Positions 37,321 to 47,020 are shown, counted from the first letter of the stretch. The stretch: DNA of 64,000 bases from Candidatus Daviesbacteria bacterium (GCA_028687915.1 JAQTZF010000001.1:101969-165968), one strand, 5' to 3'. The notes: generated by a model from the letters alone, not told the origin. Program-made: numbers and translations.

Positions 37321-39555
37321 TTAACCTTTTAATCCTTCTTCTAATGCCTTTTTTAAAGTTCCTGTTATAAACTCCCATATAAAGGATCCTGCAAACTTAA
37401 GATCTTTTCTGTGCTCAATCTTATTATTAACCATAATATCCACCACTCTTTGTACCTTTTTTGCTGTAAGATCATCAACAGCTACTTTAAAGTCCCCTGA
37501 TCCAGGAACAAGCTCTGGCCTCCCGGCTCTTATTTCTCTTTCTGCCTGTTCTGCGGCTCGCTGTTTTATCTTTAACTTCTCTTTACCAGAGAGTTTAATA
37601 TCAAAATAATCTGCCAGTACCATTTCTTTTTCCTGCATCTGAATAAATTGCGGAGCATTAGGATCAGTTAAACCAGTCAGTTTATTAACCCCTGCTAAGA
37701 TTTCATCTTCAGATAATCTTTGTTTGCCTGTCGATTCTATTTTCTGTCTAGCATATTTAATAAAGTTCATTAGTAAATGCTTTTTTGTTTCCCAAGATTC
37801 TGCTTTTGAATATTCAAAAGCATTTAAGAGTTTGCCCAATGTATCAAAATTTGGATTTAACAAAAAAGATTCAGCTGAACCGCAGAGTGCTTTTCTACCT
37901 TCCTCTGGTCCATCAACAAACCTTGAGGCCCAAAGACTCATAACTTGCGCCCCCATTGGAATAAAACTGAAATCATTACTCGAAACCACACCTTTTTCTA
38001 CTTTTCTCCTCAAAAGTCTGAAGTTAAGATGGCCCACTCTTTCACCACGATTGTTATCGTTAATCCTTAGGGCTTCATCGCTTTGTTCCTTGGGTCCACG
38101 ATCTTGATATAAGAACCTGCCCTTCTCGTCAATATAATCAGGCGTTGCATCAATTCCTGTTCTTTCTTTAAAAGACGAGTATTCTTTATAAGACAAAAAA
38201 TCAGCTGGAGCGTTTAATCTGACAGTTCTTGTCCAAAAATCACCCCCATAAATATCTACCCCCTCAAGAAGTTCAATTTGGCTTCTCAAAAGTCCGGCTT
38301 CAGCTCTAAGAAATTCCCTAAAACGCATAATTTTTGACATTGGGTAGTCACAACCATCTCTTCCTCCTGCCCAAGTCGGTTTTTCAGGACCATCATAATC
38401 AATCCCAACGGTTTTTTCATTAATTTTCCCCCTATTTACTATCAAATAGTCATACATGATTCCCCTACCAGTAAAGCGGAACATTCTTTCAGCCATGTTT
38501 GAAGCCCATTCATACTCATTTGCTTTATAACGGCTATCTACCAGCTCATCGTAATCTTCATGTCCTTTACTCTTTAAAAACTCCCGAAATACTTTGTCTT
38601 GTTCTTTCTCTGCATCCTCCTGATATTTTGAGAATTTTTGGGTTTCAGAAAGATTTTCAAACTTATCTTCCCTAGAACGATCTTCAGCTTTCTGTTTGTT
38701 TAAATAATCCTCATAATTTCCTACTACTACTGGTATTTCTGCAGGATCTATTTTTAGCTCTAAACAAGCCCTTTGAAGAGCCAAAAACTGTTGAACCTTC
38801 TTACCAAAACCACCTCTTCCTGCTTCTGAATTAGCCCTGGCGAACTCATGACCATGATCTTCATAGTATTGAAGAGCCTCAATAAAAGGATTAAATGTTT
38901 GAGGGGCCTCTCCTTCACCTCTCGCAACCTCTTCTTGCAGCGCGAATAAAACGTCGTACCAGTCCGGCGCTAAACTTAGAGCAGCTCCAGAAACATCTTT
39001 AATGCTTCCTTTATTCTCGTAAGCATTAAAGGCAGAATGAAAAGAAAGCCTGGCTTTAATTTCATTACGCATCCGGTGAGCCCAATCTTTTTGATCTTTA
39101 AACTGTTCGTCAGACAATTGTTCACCTGTAATTGGATCCTTATGTTTTATCTCTAAAGTTTCTAAGATTGCTTGTGCATTTTGAAGATCAATTTGTGTCT
39201 GTTGGGTTAAATCACTCTTGGAAATTTCTACTAATGCCAAAGTGTCTTTAATGTGTTTCTCTGCTTCTTCTCTTTTTTTTGGCCAAACAACTTCAATTGG
39301 ATATTGTTGAGGACCCATAATTTCAATCGCTGTCCAGCCCGGTGGTATATCCTGTCCTTGACGGGTAGTTTTCCGTCCTTCTATTTCTTCTCCCGCGTCT
39401 TCTCCTAATGCGGCATTAATTGCAGCAGCCGCTTCCGGACCATGTATTCTGGCTATTCTTGCTTTTTGCGCTTCAGTAAGAAGCTCTTTTTGATTTTCTC
39501 CACTGGCACCTGTTTCTGTTCCACCTGGTTCTGGCATATGTTTTTCTCTTTCCAT
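37321..39555 (-). CDS. Hypothetical large soluble protein, 744 aa, acidic, with no recognisable domain.
   Basis: Long ORF oriented against the surrounding T4SS genes. No TM helix and no motif identified. Confidence 0.5.
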   Translation of the reverse strand: MEREKHMPEPGGTETGASGENQKELLTEAQKARIARIHGPEAAAAINAALGEDAGEEIEGRKTTRQGQDIPPGWTAIEIMGPQQYPIEVVWPKKREEAEKHIKDTLALVEISKSDLTQQTQIDLQNAQAILETLEIKHKDPITGEQLSDEQFKDQKDWAHRMRNEIKARLSFHSAFNAYENKGSIKDVSGAALSLAPDWYDVLFALQEEVARGEGEAPQTFNPFIEALQYYEDHGHEFARANSEAGRGGFGKKVQQFLALQRACLELKIDPAEIPVVVGNYEDYLNKQKAEDRSREDKFENLSETQKFSKYQEDAEKEQDKVFREFLKSKGHEDYDELVDSRYKANEYEWASNMAERMFRFTGRGIMYDYLIVNRGKINEKTVGIDYDGPEKPTWAGGRDGCDYPMSKIMRFREFLRAEAGLLRSQIELLEGVDIYGGDFWTRTVRLNAPADFLSYKEYSSFKERTGIDATPDYIDEKGRFLYQDRGPKEQSDEALRINDNNRGERVGHLNFRLLRRKVEKGVVSSNDFSFIPMGAQVMSLWASRFVDGPEEGRKALCGSAESFLLNPNFDTLGKLLNAFEYSKAESWETKKHLLMNFIKYARQKIESTGKQRLSEDEILAGVNKLTGLTDPNAPQFIQMQEKEMVLADYFDIKLSGKEKLKIKQRAAEQAEREIRAGRPELVPGSGDFKVAVDDLTAKKVQRVVDIMVNNKIEHRKDLKFAGSFIWEFITGTLKKALEEGLKG

Positions 39556-39672
39556 AAACCCTCCTTTATTACTAAATTACAATCCAAACCTAAAATTGGC
39601 CTACATTATAATCTAAGGCTGAGCTTATATCAAACCCGATCTAATCGGGTTCAAATTTAGTATAGCACAGCT

Positions 39673-40899
39673 TTAATCACACTTCTCTGCAGCATCTTCT
39701 TTTTTAAGGCCACAATGCGGACATACTTCAATACCCTTGCCAGATGGAATATCTCCCTCACATCTGGGACATTTGAAAAAAGCTTCCTGAGCACCTGACC
39801 AGGTTGACATTTCTCCTCCAATTTTATTGCCTGAGAATCCACAGCTCCCACGAAGTCTTGGTGCCCCCATTGCAATTAAGCGCCTCTTCCTTTCTTCATA
39901 TGCTTCATCACCTACAGTTAATTCATTTGACTCAGTTATTTCTCCCCTAAGCAGAGCCAAAGCATAATTATCATGGGCAATCTTATTTCTTTCTGCTTCT
40001 TTAATATCCTGATTCTCTAAAGCATTTAAAACATCCCTTCTAAGGGGCTGTAGCTTATCTAAAAGCCAATGGCAACTATCTTGTTGTCTATTACTATGAT
40101 TTGGATCTAAGGCCTTTATTACGTCCATGTGAGAGTTAAACCTTTCCCCTCCTTTAAGCCAGACAGGTGTTTTTAACAAATCTACATCTGAAGAACTTTC
40201 GCTTAATTGATTTTCTATACTTAAAAACTGATTTAAAAAGTTTGTTGCTTCACTGGTAGTTAGGTGATTTCGGTATGCAATTGCATCTACCCTATCTTCT
40301 AACACCTGAAAAACAAAAGTAAAGTTGTGATCTTTAAACCCATCTTCTTTTTTTCCGGGTTCTGAATGCCAAACAGCAAAATCTCCTTTATCTATTACTC
40401 CAGCAAACAGGGGTTGCTCAATCTTTTCTTTAAAACCAATACACTCTGCTCTTGCTCTTATGCCTTGTCCTTTTTTAAAGCTTTCTAAGATATCTCCATC
40501 TTGTTCATACCCAATGGAGTAAATCTGATTTGGCAAACCATTTTCACCCCTTTTTAATCCATAACTATAGCGGGTGATATTTTCTTCAACAATGTATTCA
40601 CGGGTAAAATACTTGAGGTTTTCATCTACTCTGGTACGCCATGAGGCAATATTAGAACAATTTCGACGGGCGTAAATTTCGTCTTGAAGATTGAATGCTT
40701 GTTGTGTTTCTGTAGCCATATTTTTCCTGCTCGGGATCAAACTACGGTTATGGTTCCTGGCTTCCACAAGCAGTTCACATGCTTGTGGTTTACAGTTGCG
40801 GCACAGCTCTTGAATTTCACAAGATTCCCATTGTCGCCTACGGCGACCCGCCCCTATAAAATACATAAGTATGTTGTTTTTGTCAATTCCTATCAGCAA
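39673..40899 (-). CDS. Hypothetical protein with a C-terminal zinc-ribbon (CPRC...CPHC).
   Basis: 408-aa ORF co-oriented with and upstream of the 744-aa gene. The C-terminus reads FKCPRCEGDIPSGKGIEVCPHCGLKK. The true start may be the internal MATETQQAF. Confidence 0.4.
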   Translation of the reverse strand: MLIGIDKNNILMYFIGAGRRRRQWESCEIQELCRNCKPQACELLVEARNHNRSLIPSRKNMATETQQAFNLQDEIYARRNCSNIASWRTRVDENLKYFTREYIVEENITRYSYGLKRGENGLPNQIYSIGYEQDGDILESFKKGQGIRARAECIGFKEKIEQPLFAGVIDKGDFAVWHSEPGKKEDGFKDHNFTFVFQVLEDRVDAIAYRNHLTTSEATNFLNQFLSIENQLSESSSDVDLLKTPVWLKGGERFNSHMDVIKALDPNHSNRQQDSCHWLLDKLQPLRRDVLNALENQDIKEAERNKIAHDNYALALLRGEITESNELTVGDEAYEERKRRLIAMGAPRLRGSCGFSGNKIGGEMSTWSGAQEAFFKCPRCEGDIPSGKGIEVCPHCGLKKEDAAEKCD

Positions 40900-40983
40900 A
40901 GTACTAGATACATTAAGAAGAAACCAAATTGATCTCTTTTGAGATGCTTGCGAGTAAAGTTTTCACGGGTTATACCTATAACT

Positions 40984-42141
40984 ATGGAACCACACCCTAT
41001 CCCACAAAATGTTACATCTTTTGAATTCCACTTAGTTGGAGACATGACTCTTAAGCAGTTTGCCTATCTTGGTGCAGGCCTGGGAATGGCTTATTTATTA
41101 TATGCCACCATGTTCTTTTCTCTGCCAATTGTGGCTATCCCTTTAATTTTGGTATCTACTATATTAGGCGTGGCATTTGCTTTTGTTCCTATCTACGACC
41201 GGCCATTTGATCATTGGGTCTCAGCCTTTTTTAAAGCAGTTTATTCTCCAACTAAAGCTTCTTTTAAAATAAAATATGACCCTAAACTAAAAGTTGAACC
41301 AAACGATCCTTTCTTAAAGGATAGATTACAATTATACCTTTCAACTATGGGAATGACTGTTAATTTATGGGATAAAGCAGCAACTACTCAACCAAGAACA
41401 ACTCAAACACAATCAACCCCAACAGCCTTACAAGAAAAAGAAGTTGCTCTGGCAGAAAATTTAATTAGTAAAACTATGGATAATATTCAGACACAGACAC
41501 AACCATCAGCCTCAGAAAAATTACCAAGTCAGCAGGAATTAACTAATTTAGTAGAAATGGCAAAACAAGCACAATTATTACAGGGAAAAATTTCAGATAC
41601 AGAAAATTTAATCAAACAAATGACAAGCAGCACCAAGCAAGCAGAAGCATCACAAGTTCAATCTAGTTTAAAAGCCTTGATTCAGCAAACAGAAGAATTG
41701 TATAAAAAAACATCTACTATGAATCAAGCAACTCCTCATACAGCTCAACCTCAAACAGCAGCCATACCACAAGTACCAAGCATTCAGGCTGTTACTCAAC
41801 CAGTTGCCCCTCCAAAAGTAACTGTGGTACAACCACTGGCCCACAAAGAAACACAGGTGGTCTTAACCACCACCCCAAATATCATTAATGGAATGGTAAG
41901 TGACGAAGCTGGAAATTTCATAGAAAATGTCATTGTTATTATTCACGATAAAGAAGGTATTCCTGTTCGAGCATTAAAGACGAATAAGTTAGGTCAATTT
42001 GCCGGAGCAACTCCATTACCCCTGGGTGTCTACACCATTACTTTGGAGAAAGATAATTTTACCTTCCAAACCCTACAACTCACACTGGATAATTCAGTCT
42101 TAGGACCACTGCAAATCATCGCCAAAAAGGGAGGGCAATAG
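40984..42141 (+). CDS. PrgI-family (VirB3-like) T4SS membrane protein fused to a long Q/T-rich linker and a C-terminal carboxypeptidase-regulatory-like beta-sandwich.
   Basis: N-terminus FEFHLVGDMTLKQFAYLGAGLGMAYLLYATMFF...VAFAFVPIYDRPFDHW matches the PrgI family pattern. C-terminus IINGMVSDEAGNFIENVIVIIHDKEGIPVRALKTNKLGQFAGATPLPLGVYTITLEKDNF matches the CarboxypepD_reg pattern (GxVxDxxGxPIxxAxVxL...TDxxGxFxxxxLxxGxYTL). Start taken at MEPHPIP. Confidence 0.55.
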   Translation: MEPHPIPQNVTSFEFHLVGDMTLKQFAYLGAGLGMAYLLYATMFFSLPIVAIPLILVSTILGVAFAFVPIYDRPFDHWVSAFFKAVYSPTKASFKIKYDPKLKVEPNDPFLKDRLQLYLSTMGMTVNLWDKAATTQPRTTQTQSTPTALQEKEVALAENLISKTMDNIQTQTQPSASEKLPSQQELTNLVEMAKQAQLLQGKISDTENLIKQMTSSTKQAEASQVQSSLKALIQQTEELYKKTSTMNQATPHTAQPQTAAIPQVPSIQAVTQPVAPPKVTVVQPLAHKETQVVLTTTPNIINGMVSDEAGNFIENVIVIIHDKEGIPVRALKTNKLGQFAGATPLPLGVYTITLEKDNFTFQTLQLTLDNSVLGPLQIIAKKGGQ

Positions 42142-42143
42142 AA

Positions 42144-43043
42144 TTGACCACCAGCCAACAATTTATTCCTATTCAGGATGTTAATAAGGATTTAGTTTTT
42201 CAAAAAGATGGCAGTGTCGGCATTATTATCTCTGTTTCAGCAGTTAACTTTGCCCTGCTGTTTGAAACAGAACAAATATCTATCATTGATTCTTTTGCCG
42301 GGCTTTTAAATTCTTTATCTTTTCCTATCCAAATAGTTATCTATTCTAAAATCATGGATGTGTCATCTTATTTACACACTATTGATAATGCTTTAGCAAA
42401 ACAAACCAATCCTAACTTAAAAAAGATGACTTTAAGCTATCGCGGGTTTGTGGAAAAAAGCATTAAAGATAATAACGTGCTGGATAAAAAGTTTTATGTT
42501 TGTATTAAATTAACCTCTCTTGAGTTAGGTTTATTACCTTCTAACATGGAAGAAAAAACTAAAAAGGTGGCAACATTGCTTGAACCACGAAGAGATCATT
42601 TAATCAGGCAATTAGAGCGTTTAGGATTAAAAGCCAAACAACTATCTACAGAGGAGATTATTAAACTCTTTTATGAAATATATAATCCACCCATTACTGC
42701 TTCTGTTGCCCTGCCTGTACAAAGCAATATTAAATCTAGCCCCTTACTGGAAATTAATAAACCAGAAGTAATTCCTCAAACCCCTAAAGTAGAGGATAAT
42801 TTACCACCAAAACTGCGACCAATTAGAGCTAATTTGACTCAGCAAGTATCAACAACAGTAGTTCCACCTGCTCCTACTCCTGCACAAGCACCAATTACAC
42901 CACCAGTCATTCCAAAACCACCCACTCCGGTTGCTGCTCCTTTAACTAACCTATCTCCTATCACAGCAGCTAATTTAACATCTAATGCTTCTACTTTTAC
43001 ATCTCCTTTTGTGGTTGAAGAACTACCTGATGACGGACCCTAA
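42144..43043 (+). CDS. T4SS protein resembling the N-terminal domain of VirB4/CagE/TrbE, possibly the detached N-terminal part of a split VirB4, with a Pro/Thr-rich C-terminal tail.
   Basis: FIPIQDVNKDLVFQKDGSVGIIISVSAVNFALLFETEQISIIDSFAGLLNSLSFPIQIV follows the VirB4 N-terminal domain pattern (F-p--i-dg-i--kdGs-g-vl-v---n--l-s--E---l---f---Ln-L--piQi). The last 80 aa are low-complexity P/T/A. Confidence 0.4.
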   Translation: MTTSQQFIPIQDVNKDLVFQKDGSVGIIISVSAVNFALLFETEQISIIDSFAGLLNSLSFPIQIVIYSKIMDVSSYLHTIDNALAKQTNPNLKKMTLSYRGFVEKSIKDNNVLDKKFYVCIKLTSLELGLLPSNMEEKTKKVATLLEPRRDHLIRQLERLGLKAKQLSTEEIIKLFYEIYNPPITASVALPVQSNIKSSPLLEINKPEVIPQTPKVEDNLPPKLRPIRANLTQQVSTTVVPPAPTPAQAPITPPVIPKPPTPVAAPLTNLSPITAANLTSNASTFTSPFVVEELPDDGP

Positions 43044-44790
43044 ACAAAAACAATTAACTTTTGAAGATGCGGTTGCCCCCTATGAAGTAGAGGTTGATTT
43101 TTCGTTCCTAAAAATTAACCACCGCTATTTCCGTTCCTTTTTTGTATCTTCTTATCCGCGCTATGTTGAACCAAATTGGCTGGAGCCATTAATTTCATTT
43201 GAGCACTCAATGGTTTTATCAATGTTTATCTACCCTACCAGTTCAGCTGGCATTTTGGATGATTTAAAAAGAAAGATTGCTGAAATGGAAGCCACTATTC
43301 AAACTGATCAGGAAAGGGGGAGAATTGTTAATCCTACGGTTACAGTAGCTTTGGATGATGCCAAAGCATTACAGGAGCAACTTGCCAAAGGATCGGAAAG
43401 ATTTTTCCAGTTTAGTTTATATATTAATGTGCCCTCAGACTCTATTGAAGAATTAAATAATAAGTCACAGCTGGTTCAATCTACACTAGGCAGTATTTCT
43501 ATTGATTCTCATCCACTTTATTTACAAATGAAAGAAGGGTTTGAAAGCACACTGCCAATTGGACAAGATCCTTTATATCTTGCCCACAATATGGACACTA
43601 CCTCACTTGCCACCACATTTCCTTTTGTTTCCTCAGAGCTAACCTCACCAGATGGAGTTATTTATGGCATTAATGCCCATAACGATTCTTTAATTATTTT
43701 TGATAGGTTTAGCCAGGAAAACGCAAATTCTGTAGTTTTTGCAACAGCCGGTGCCGGTAAATCATATTTTGTAAAATTAGAATCTCTCCGTTCTTTAATG
43801 TTGGGCACAGAAGTAATTATTATTGACCCGGAAAAAGAATATGTAGATTTAGCCAAAGCTGTAGGGGGAGATTATATAAATTTTTCCACCACTTCACCTG
43901 TAAAGATTAATCCTTTTGACTTACCAGATATTTTAAATAGCGAAGAAGATGAATTAGGAAGAAAGATTTTATCTTTAACTGGATTTTTACGCTTGGTTTT
44001 AGGAGACCTCACTGCCAACGAAGTAGCAGTTTTAGATAGAGCCTTAAATGCCACTTATAAGTTAAAGGGGATTACAGCAAATGTTTTTAATAAAACAGAT
44101 CCTGCCAGTAAAATAAAAGTTGAGTCCCCGTTGATGGAAGATTTATATAAAGTGCTTATTGGCATGGAGGACAGCCTGGCGGGAAGCCTAGCTATAAGAT
44201 TGGAAAGGTTTATCAAAGGTTCTTTGGCTGGTATTTTTTCTGCTCAATCAAATATTAATATTCAAAACCCTTTTACTGTCTTTTCTGTTCGTGAATTACC
44301 AGACCAGTTAAGACCATTAGCTATGTATTTAATCCTTGATTATATTTGGACAAAAATCCGCAGAGAAATTAAAAAAAGGATTTTAGTGGTGGATGAGGCT
44401 TGGTATATGATGAAATACCCTGATTCTGCTTCTTTTTTAGTAGAAATGGTTAAAAGATCTAGGAAATATTACCTTGGAGTAACCACTATTAGCCAGGATG
44501 TAGAGGATTTCCTAGGACAAGACCGGGGCAAAGAAATCATTTCCAACTCAGCAATGCAGATATTATTAAAACAAGCACCTGTGTCTATTGAAAAAATAGG
44601 CGCTGTTTTTAATTTATCTCAGGGTGAAAAAAGACTGCTAACCACGGCTGGAGTAGGACAGGGGTTGTTTTTTGCTGGAAATGTACACATTGCCATGTCT
44701 ATTGTCGCCTCAGAAGAGGAGCATATCTTAATCACAACAAACCCCCGAGAAATATTGGAACGCCAGGAAAAAGAAAAAGGAGTTAGCTAA
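43030..44790 (+). CDS. virB4: VirB4-family T4SS ATPase (TraC/TrbE/PrgJ-like).
   Basis: N-terminal INHRYFRSFFVSSYPRYVEPNWLEPL, the classic VirB4 segment; Walker A ATAGAGKSYFVK; Walker B ILVVDEAW; C-terminal NPFDLP and TISQDVEDF motifs. Start taken at MTDPKQ (ATG 43030), overlapping the previous ORF by 14 nt. Confidence 0.8.
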   Translation: MTDPKQKQLTFEDAVAPYEVEVDFSFLKINHRYFRSFFVSSYPRYVEPNWLEPLISFEHSMVLSMFIYPTSSAGILDDLKRKIAEMEATIQTDQERGRIVNPTVTVALDDAKALQEQLAKGSERFFQFSLYINVPSDSIEELNNKSQLVQSTLGSISIDSHPLYLQMKEGFESTLPIGQDPLYLAHNMDTTSLATTFPFVSSELTSPDGVIYGINAHNDSLIIFDRFSQENANSVVFATAGAGKSYFVKLESLRSLMLGTEVIIIDPEKEYVDLAKAVGGDYINFSTTSPVKINPFDLPDILNSEEDELGRKILSLTGFLRLVLGDLTANEVAVLDRALNATYKLKGITANVFNKTDPASKIKVESPLMEDLYKVLIGMEDSLAGSLAIRLERFIKGSLAGIFSAQSNINIQNPFTVFSVRELPDQLRPLAMYLILDYIWTKIRREIKKRILVVDEAWYMMKYPDSASFLVEMVKRSRKYYLGVTTISQDVEDFLGQDRGKEIISNSAMQILLKQAPVSIEKIGAVFNLSQGEKRLLTTAGVGQGLFFAGNVHIAMSIVASEEEHILITTNPREILERQEKEKGVS

Positions 44791-44792
44791 TC

Positions 44793-46514
44793 ATGGCTGC
44801 CTTAAATCAAAAATTAATAGAAGACACCATACATTTAGTAGAAACATACCAAAAAAGCACAGAAGATTCAGCTTTTAGGAGACGCTTTAATTCGGCAATT
44901 GCCAGAGATGTTAATGCAACTTATAAAAACCGTCCGTTAAAATTATATTTTGAAGTACTGGCAAGTATTAATAATCCTAAATATGGAGAATCATATAAAA
45001 ATATTCAGCGCCTGGTTAAACATGATGACGAAGGAATCATTTCAAAAGCCCTGCTTAGAGTAGACCAAAATGATCTAAAGCATTTATATGCAGCAGCAAA
45101 AGATAATACTAACTCAACAAAATACCCTGATAAAGAAATCAAAGATATAAACAACATCGAAGAGACCATAAAAGATCCCAACCAAAAACGAGAAGCTCAT
45201 AAAAAGCGACTTGAAGAAACAAGCTATCTTGCTGTTGAAAAAAAGACACCTACCTCAAGTGAAATAGAAAAACCTGAAGAAAAAACAGGCCCTGGCTCTT
45301 CCCCAGAATACAAAAAATCATATAATCCAGCCACCCAGGAGGAAAAAGTCAGACTAGAAGCAGCTTTTAACCAAACAAGACCTGAAGTTTCACAGAATGT
45401 TTTAGTGGGACCAAGCGGTGAGCCAATTAGAAATATTTATTCTGAAGAACCGCCACAGGAAATATTTGAACCCACCTCTTCAGAACCAGACAGCTCGTCA
45501 TTACCTCAAATACCTGATTTTGGTGGTATTTCACGCACAACCAACTTTGCCAAGAATATATTTAAAGGGGGAGAAGCCGTAGAAACATTAGGAGCTGAAG
45601 CAGGAGTAAGAATGGCTGCTGGAAAAGCAGCTGTAGCAGGAGCAGAAAAAGTTATTGCCAAAGCAGGTGCAGGAACAGCCACTAGAATTGGTGCAGGATT
45701 ATTAGCGAGAGCTGGATTTACAGCTGCTGCAGGAGCAGCCGCTACAGGTGTTGGAGTACCTGTGGCAATAATTATTACCCTGGTGACTGCTTTTGGAAGT
45801 CAAATCAAGAAACTAGGTAAGTTATTGCTTCAGGTTACAGTTGCAATTACATGTGCTTTTATTCTAATGTTTTTTTGGAATTGGGGAGAAAAAATGAATT
45901 CACTACTTCCTCCTTATACTGTCGGCGAAGCTGCAGAATTGCCAACAGTCACACCAACAACTACACCTTCTCCAACTGGCCCAAACCCAACACCTGCTCC
46001 CGGCGTTACTGCCAACTGCCCCATCTCTGGTGGAAATATCAGTTGCGGCTCACAAAATACAAATTATTACGCCTGTCCAGGCGGGCATTGCAGTCTTGCA
46101 TATCGTCGATCTACTCCAATAAATGAAACTAATTGTAATCGGTATCCAGCAACAGCTTATGGTATGGATATTTTGGCAAGTGCAGGGCAGGTTGTTTCCA
46201 TCCCTACTATTAGAGACACCGATGGAACAGTAAGAAACTTAGAATGTTCTTTTGTTTATCAAGATGCATCAGGAGAAGCAATAAATCAATTTAACTGTAT
46301 TGCGGTTGGAAGCACTATCAGTCCACCTGATCATTACTATATTCAATTTCACCACCTTAGAGCAGTAATCCCCTCAGGACCGTATAGAACAGGGAGTCCA
46401 GCTGGTTATGTTTTAAATGACCATACCCATGTTCAAATCGGCAGAAATGGAGTCTGTCAAGGTACATCTATCTCGTCTTGTATCGTTCCTGAAGAAACTC
46501 TACAATGTTATTAG
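44793..46514 (+). CDS. Membrane-anchored M23-family peptidase (putative T4SS-associated peptidoglycan hydrolase).
   Basis: Central TM helix (VAIIITLVTAF...ITCAFILMFFW). The C-terminal domain carries YGMDILASAGQVVSIP (M23 HxxxD-region analog), FHHLRAV, and HTHVQIG (the HxH motif), in the order expected for lysostaphin-type M23 peptidases, plus a Cys-rich insert. Confidence 0.55.
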   Translation: MAALNQKLIEDTIHLVETYQKSTEDSAFRRRFNSAIARDVNATYKNRPLKLYFEVLASINNPKYGESYKNIQRLVKHDDEGIISKALLRVDQNDLKHLYAAAKDNTNSTKYPDKEIKDINNIEETIKDPNQKREAHKKRLEETSYLAVEKKTPTSSEIEKPEEKTGPGSSPEYKKSYNPATQEEKVRLEAAFNQTRPEVSQNVLVGPSGEPIRNIYSEEPPQEIFEPTSSEPDSSSLPQIPDFGGISRTTNFAKNIFKGGEAVETLGAEAGVRMAAGKAAVAGAEKVIAKAGAGTATRIGAGLLARAGFTAAAGAAATGVGVPVAIIITLVTAFGSQIKKLGKLLLQVTVAITCAFILMFFWNWGEKMNSLLPPYTVGEAAELPTVTPTTTPSPTGPNPTPAPGVTANCPISGGNISCGSQNTNYYACPGGHCSLAYRRSTPINETNCNRYPATAYGMDILASAGQVVSIPTIRDTDGTVRNLECSFVYQDASGEAINQFNCIAVGSTISPPDHYYIQFHHLRAVIPSGPYRTGSPAGYVLNDHTHVQIGRNGVCQGTSISSCIVPEETLQCY

Positions 46515-46515
46515 A

Positions 46516-47019
46516 ATGAACAAAAAAGTACTAATTATACTACTACCTTTTGTGGTTGTTATTATTGGATTGGCTGCTTTATTGCTTTTCCCAAAAAAAT
46601 CTCAGATTACCCCAACTGTAATTTCTAGCCTTACTCCAACCCCTACCCAAACTGCGATTTTAAAACCATTAGTTGTAAAACCACCTACAGACCAAGAACT
46701 AGGACTAGTCTCTGTTGTTCCATCACCTGATCCTACCGGACAAAACAAAATTTCCCCAATCGAACGAATTACTTTTACTTTTAATAAAAGCGTTGACCCT
46801 ACTACTTTGGAATTTAATTCACAACCTGAAGTGGAACTAGAAAAGTATTTTTCCGAGAATAATACCAAACTATTGATTCAACCTCAGGGATTGGCTTTTT
46901 GGAAACCAAACACTGATTATGTTTTAACTATTAGAAAACAACTGAGGTCAAAGGATGGATTTAGCCTAAAAGAAGACATTATGTATAATCTAAAAGCAAT
47001 TACTCAAGGAGGAGAATAA
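46516..47019 (+). CDS. Membrane-anchored bacterial Ig-like (Big_5/SbsA-like) domain protein.
   Basis: N-terminal TM helix, then LVSVVPSPDPTGQNKISPIERITFTFNKSVDPTTLEF...TDYVLTI, the Ig-like pattern (v-s-sPadga--v----i-ltFsepvd---l). Start at ATG 46516, 1 nt after the upstream stop. Confidence 0.45.
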   Translation: MNKKVLIILLPFVVVIIGLAALLLFPKKSQITPTVISSLTPTPTQTAILKPLVVKPPTDQELGLVSVVPSPDPTGQNKISPIERITFTFNKSVDPTTLEFNSQPEVELEKYFSENNTKLLIQPQGLAFWKPNTDYVLTIRKQLRSKDGFSLKEDIMYNLKAITQGGE

Positions 47020-47020
47020 A

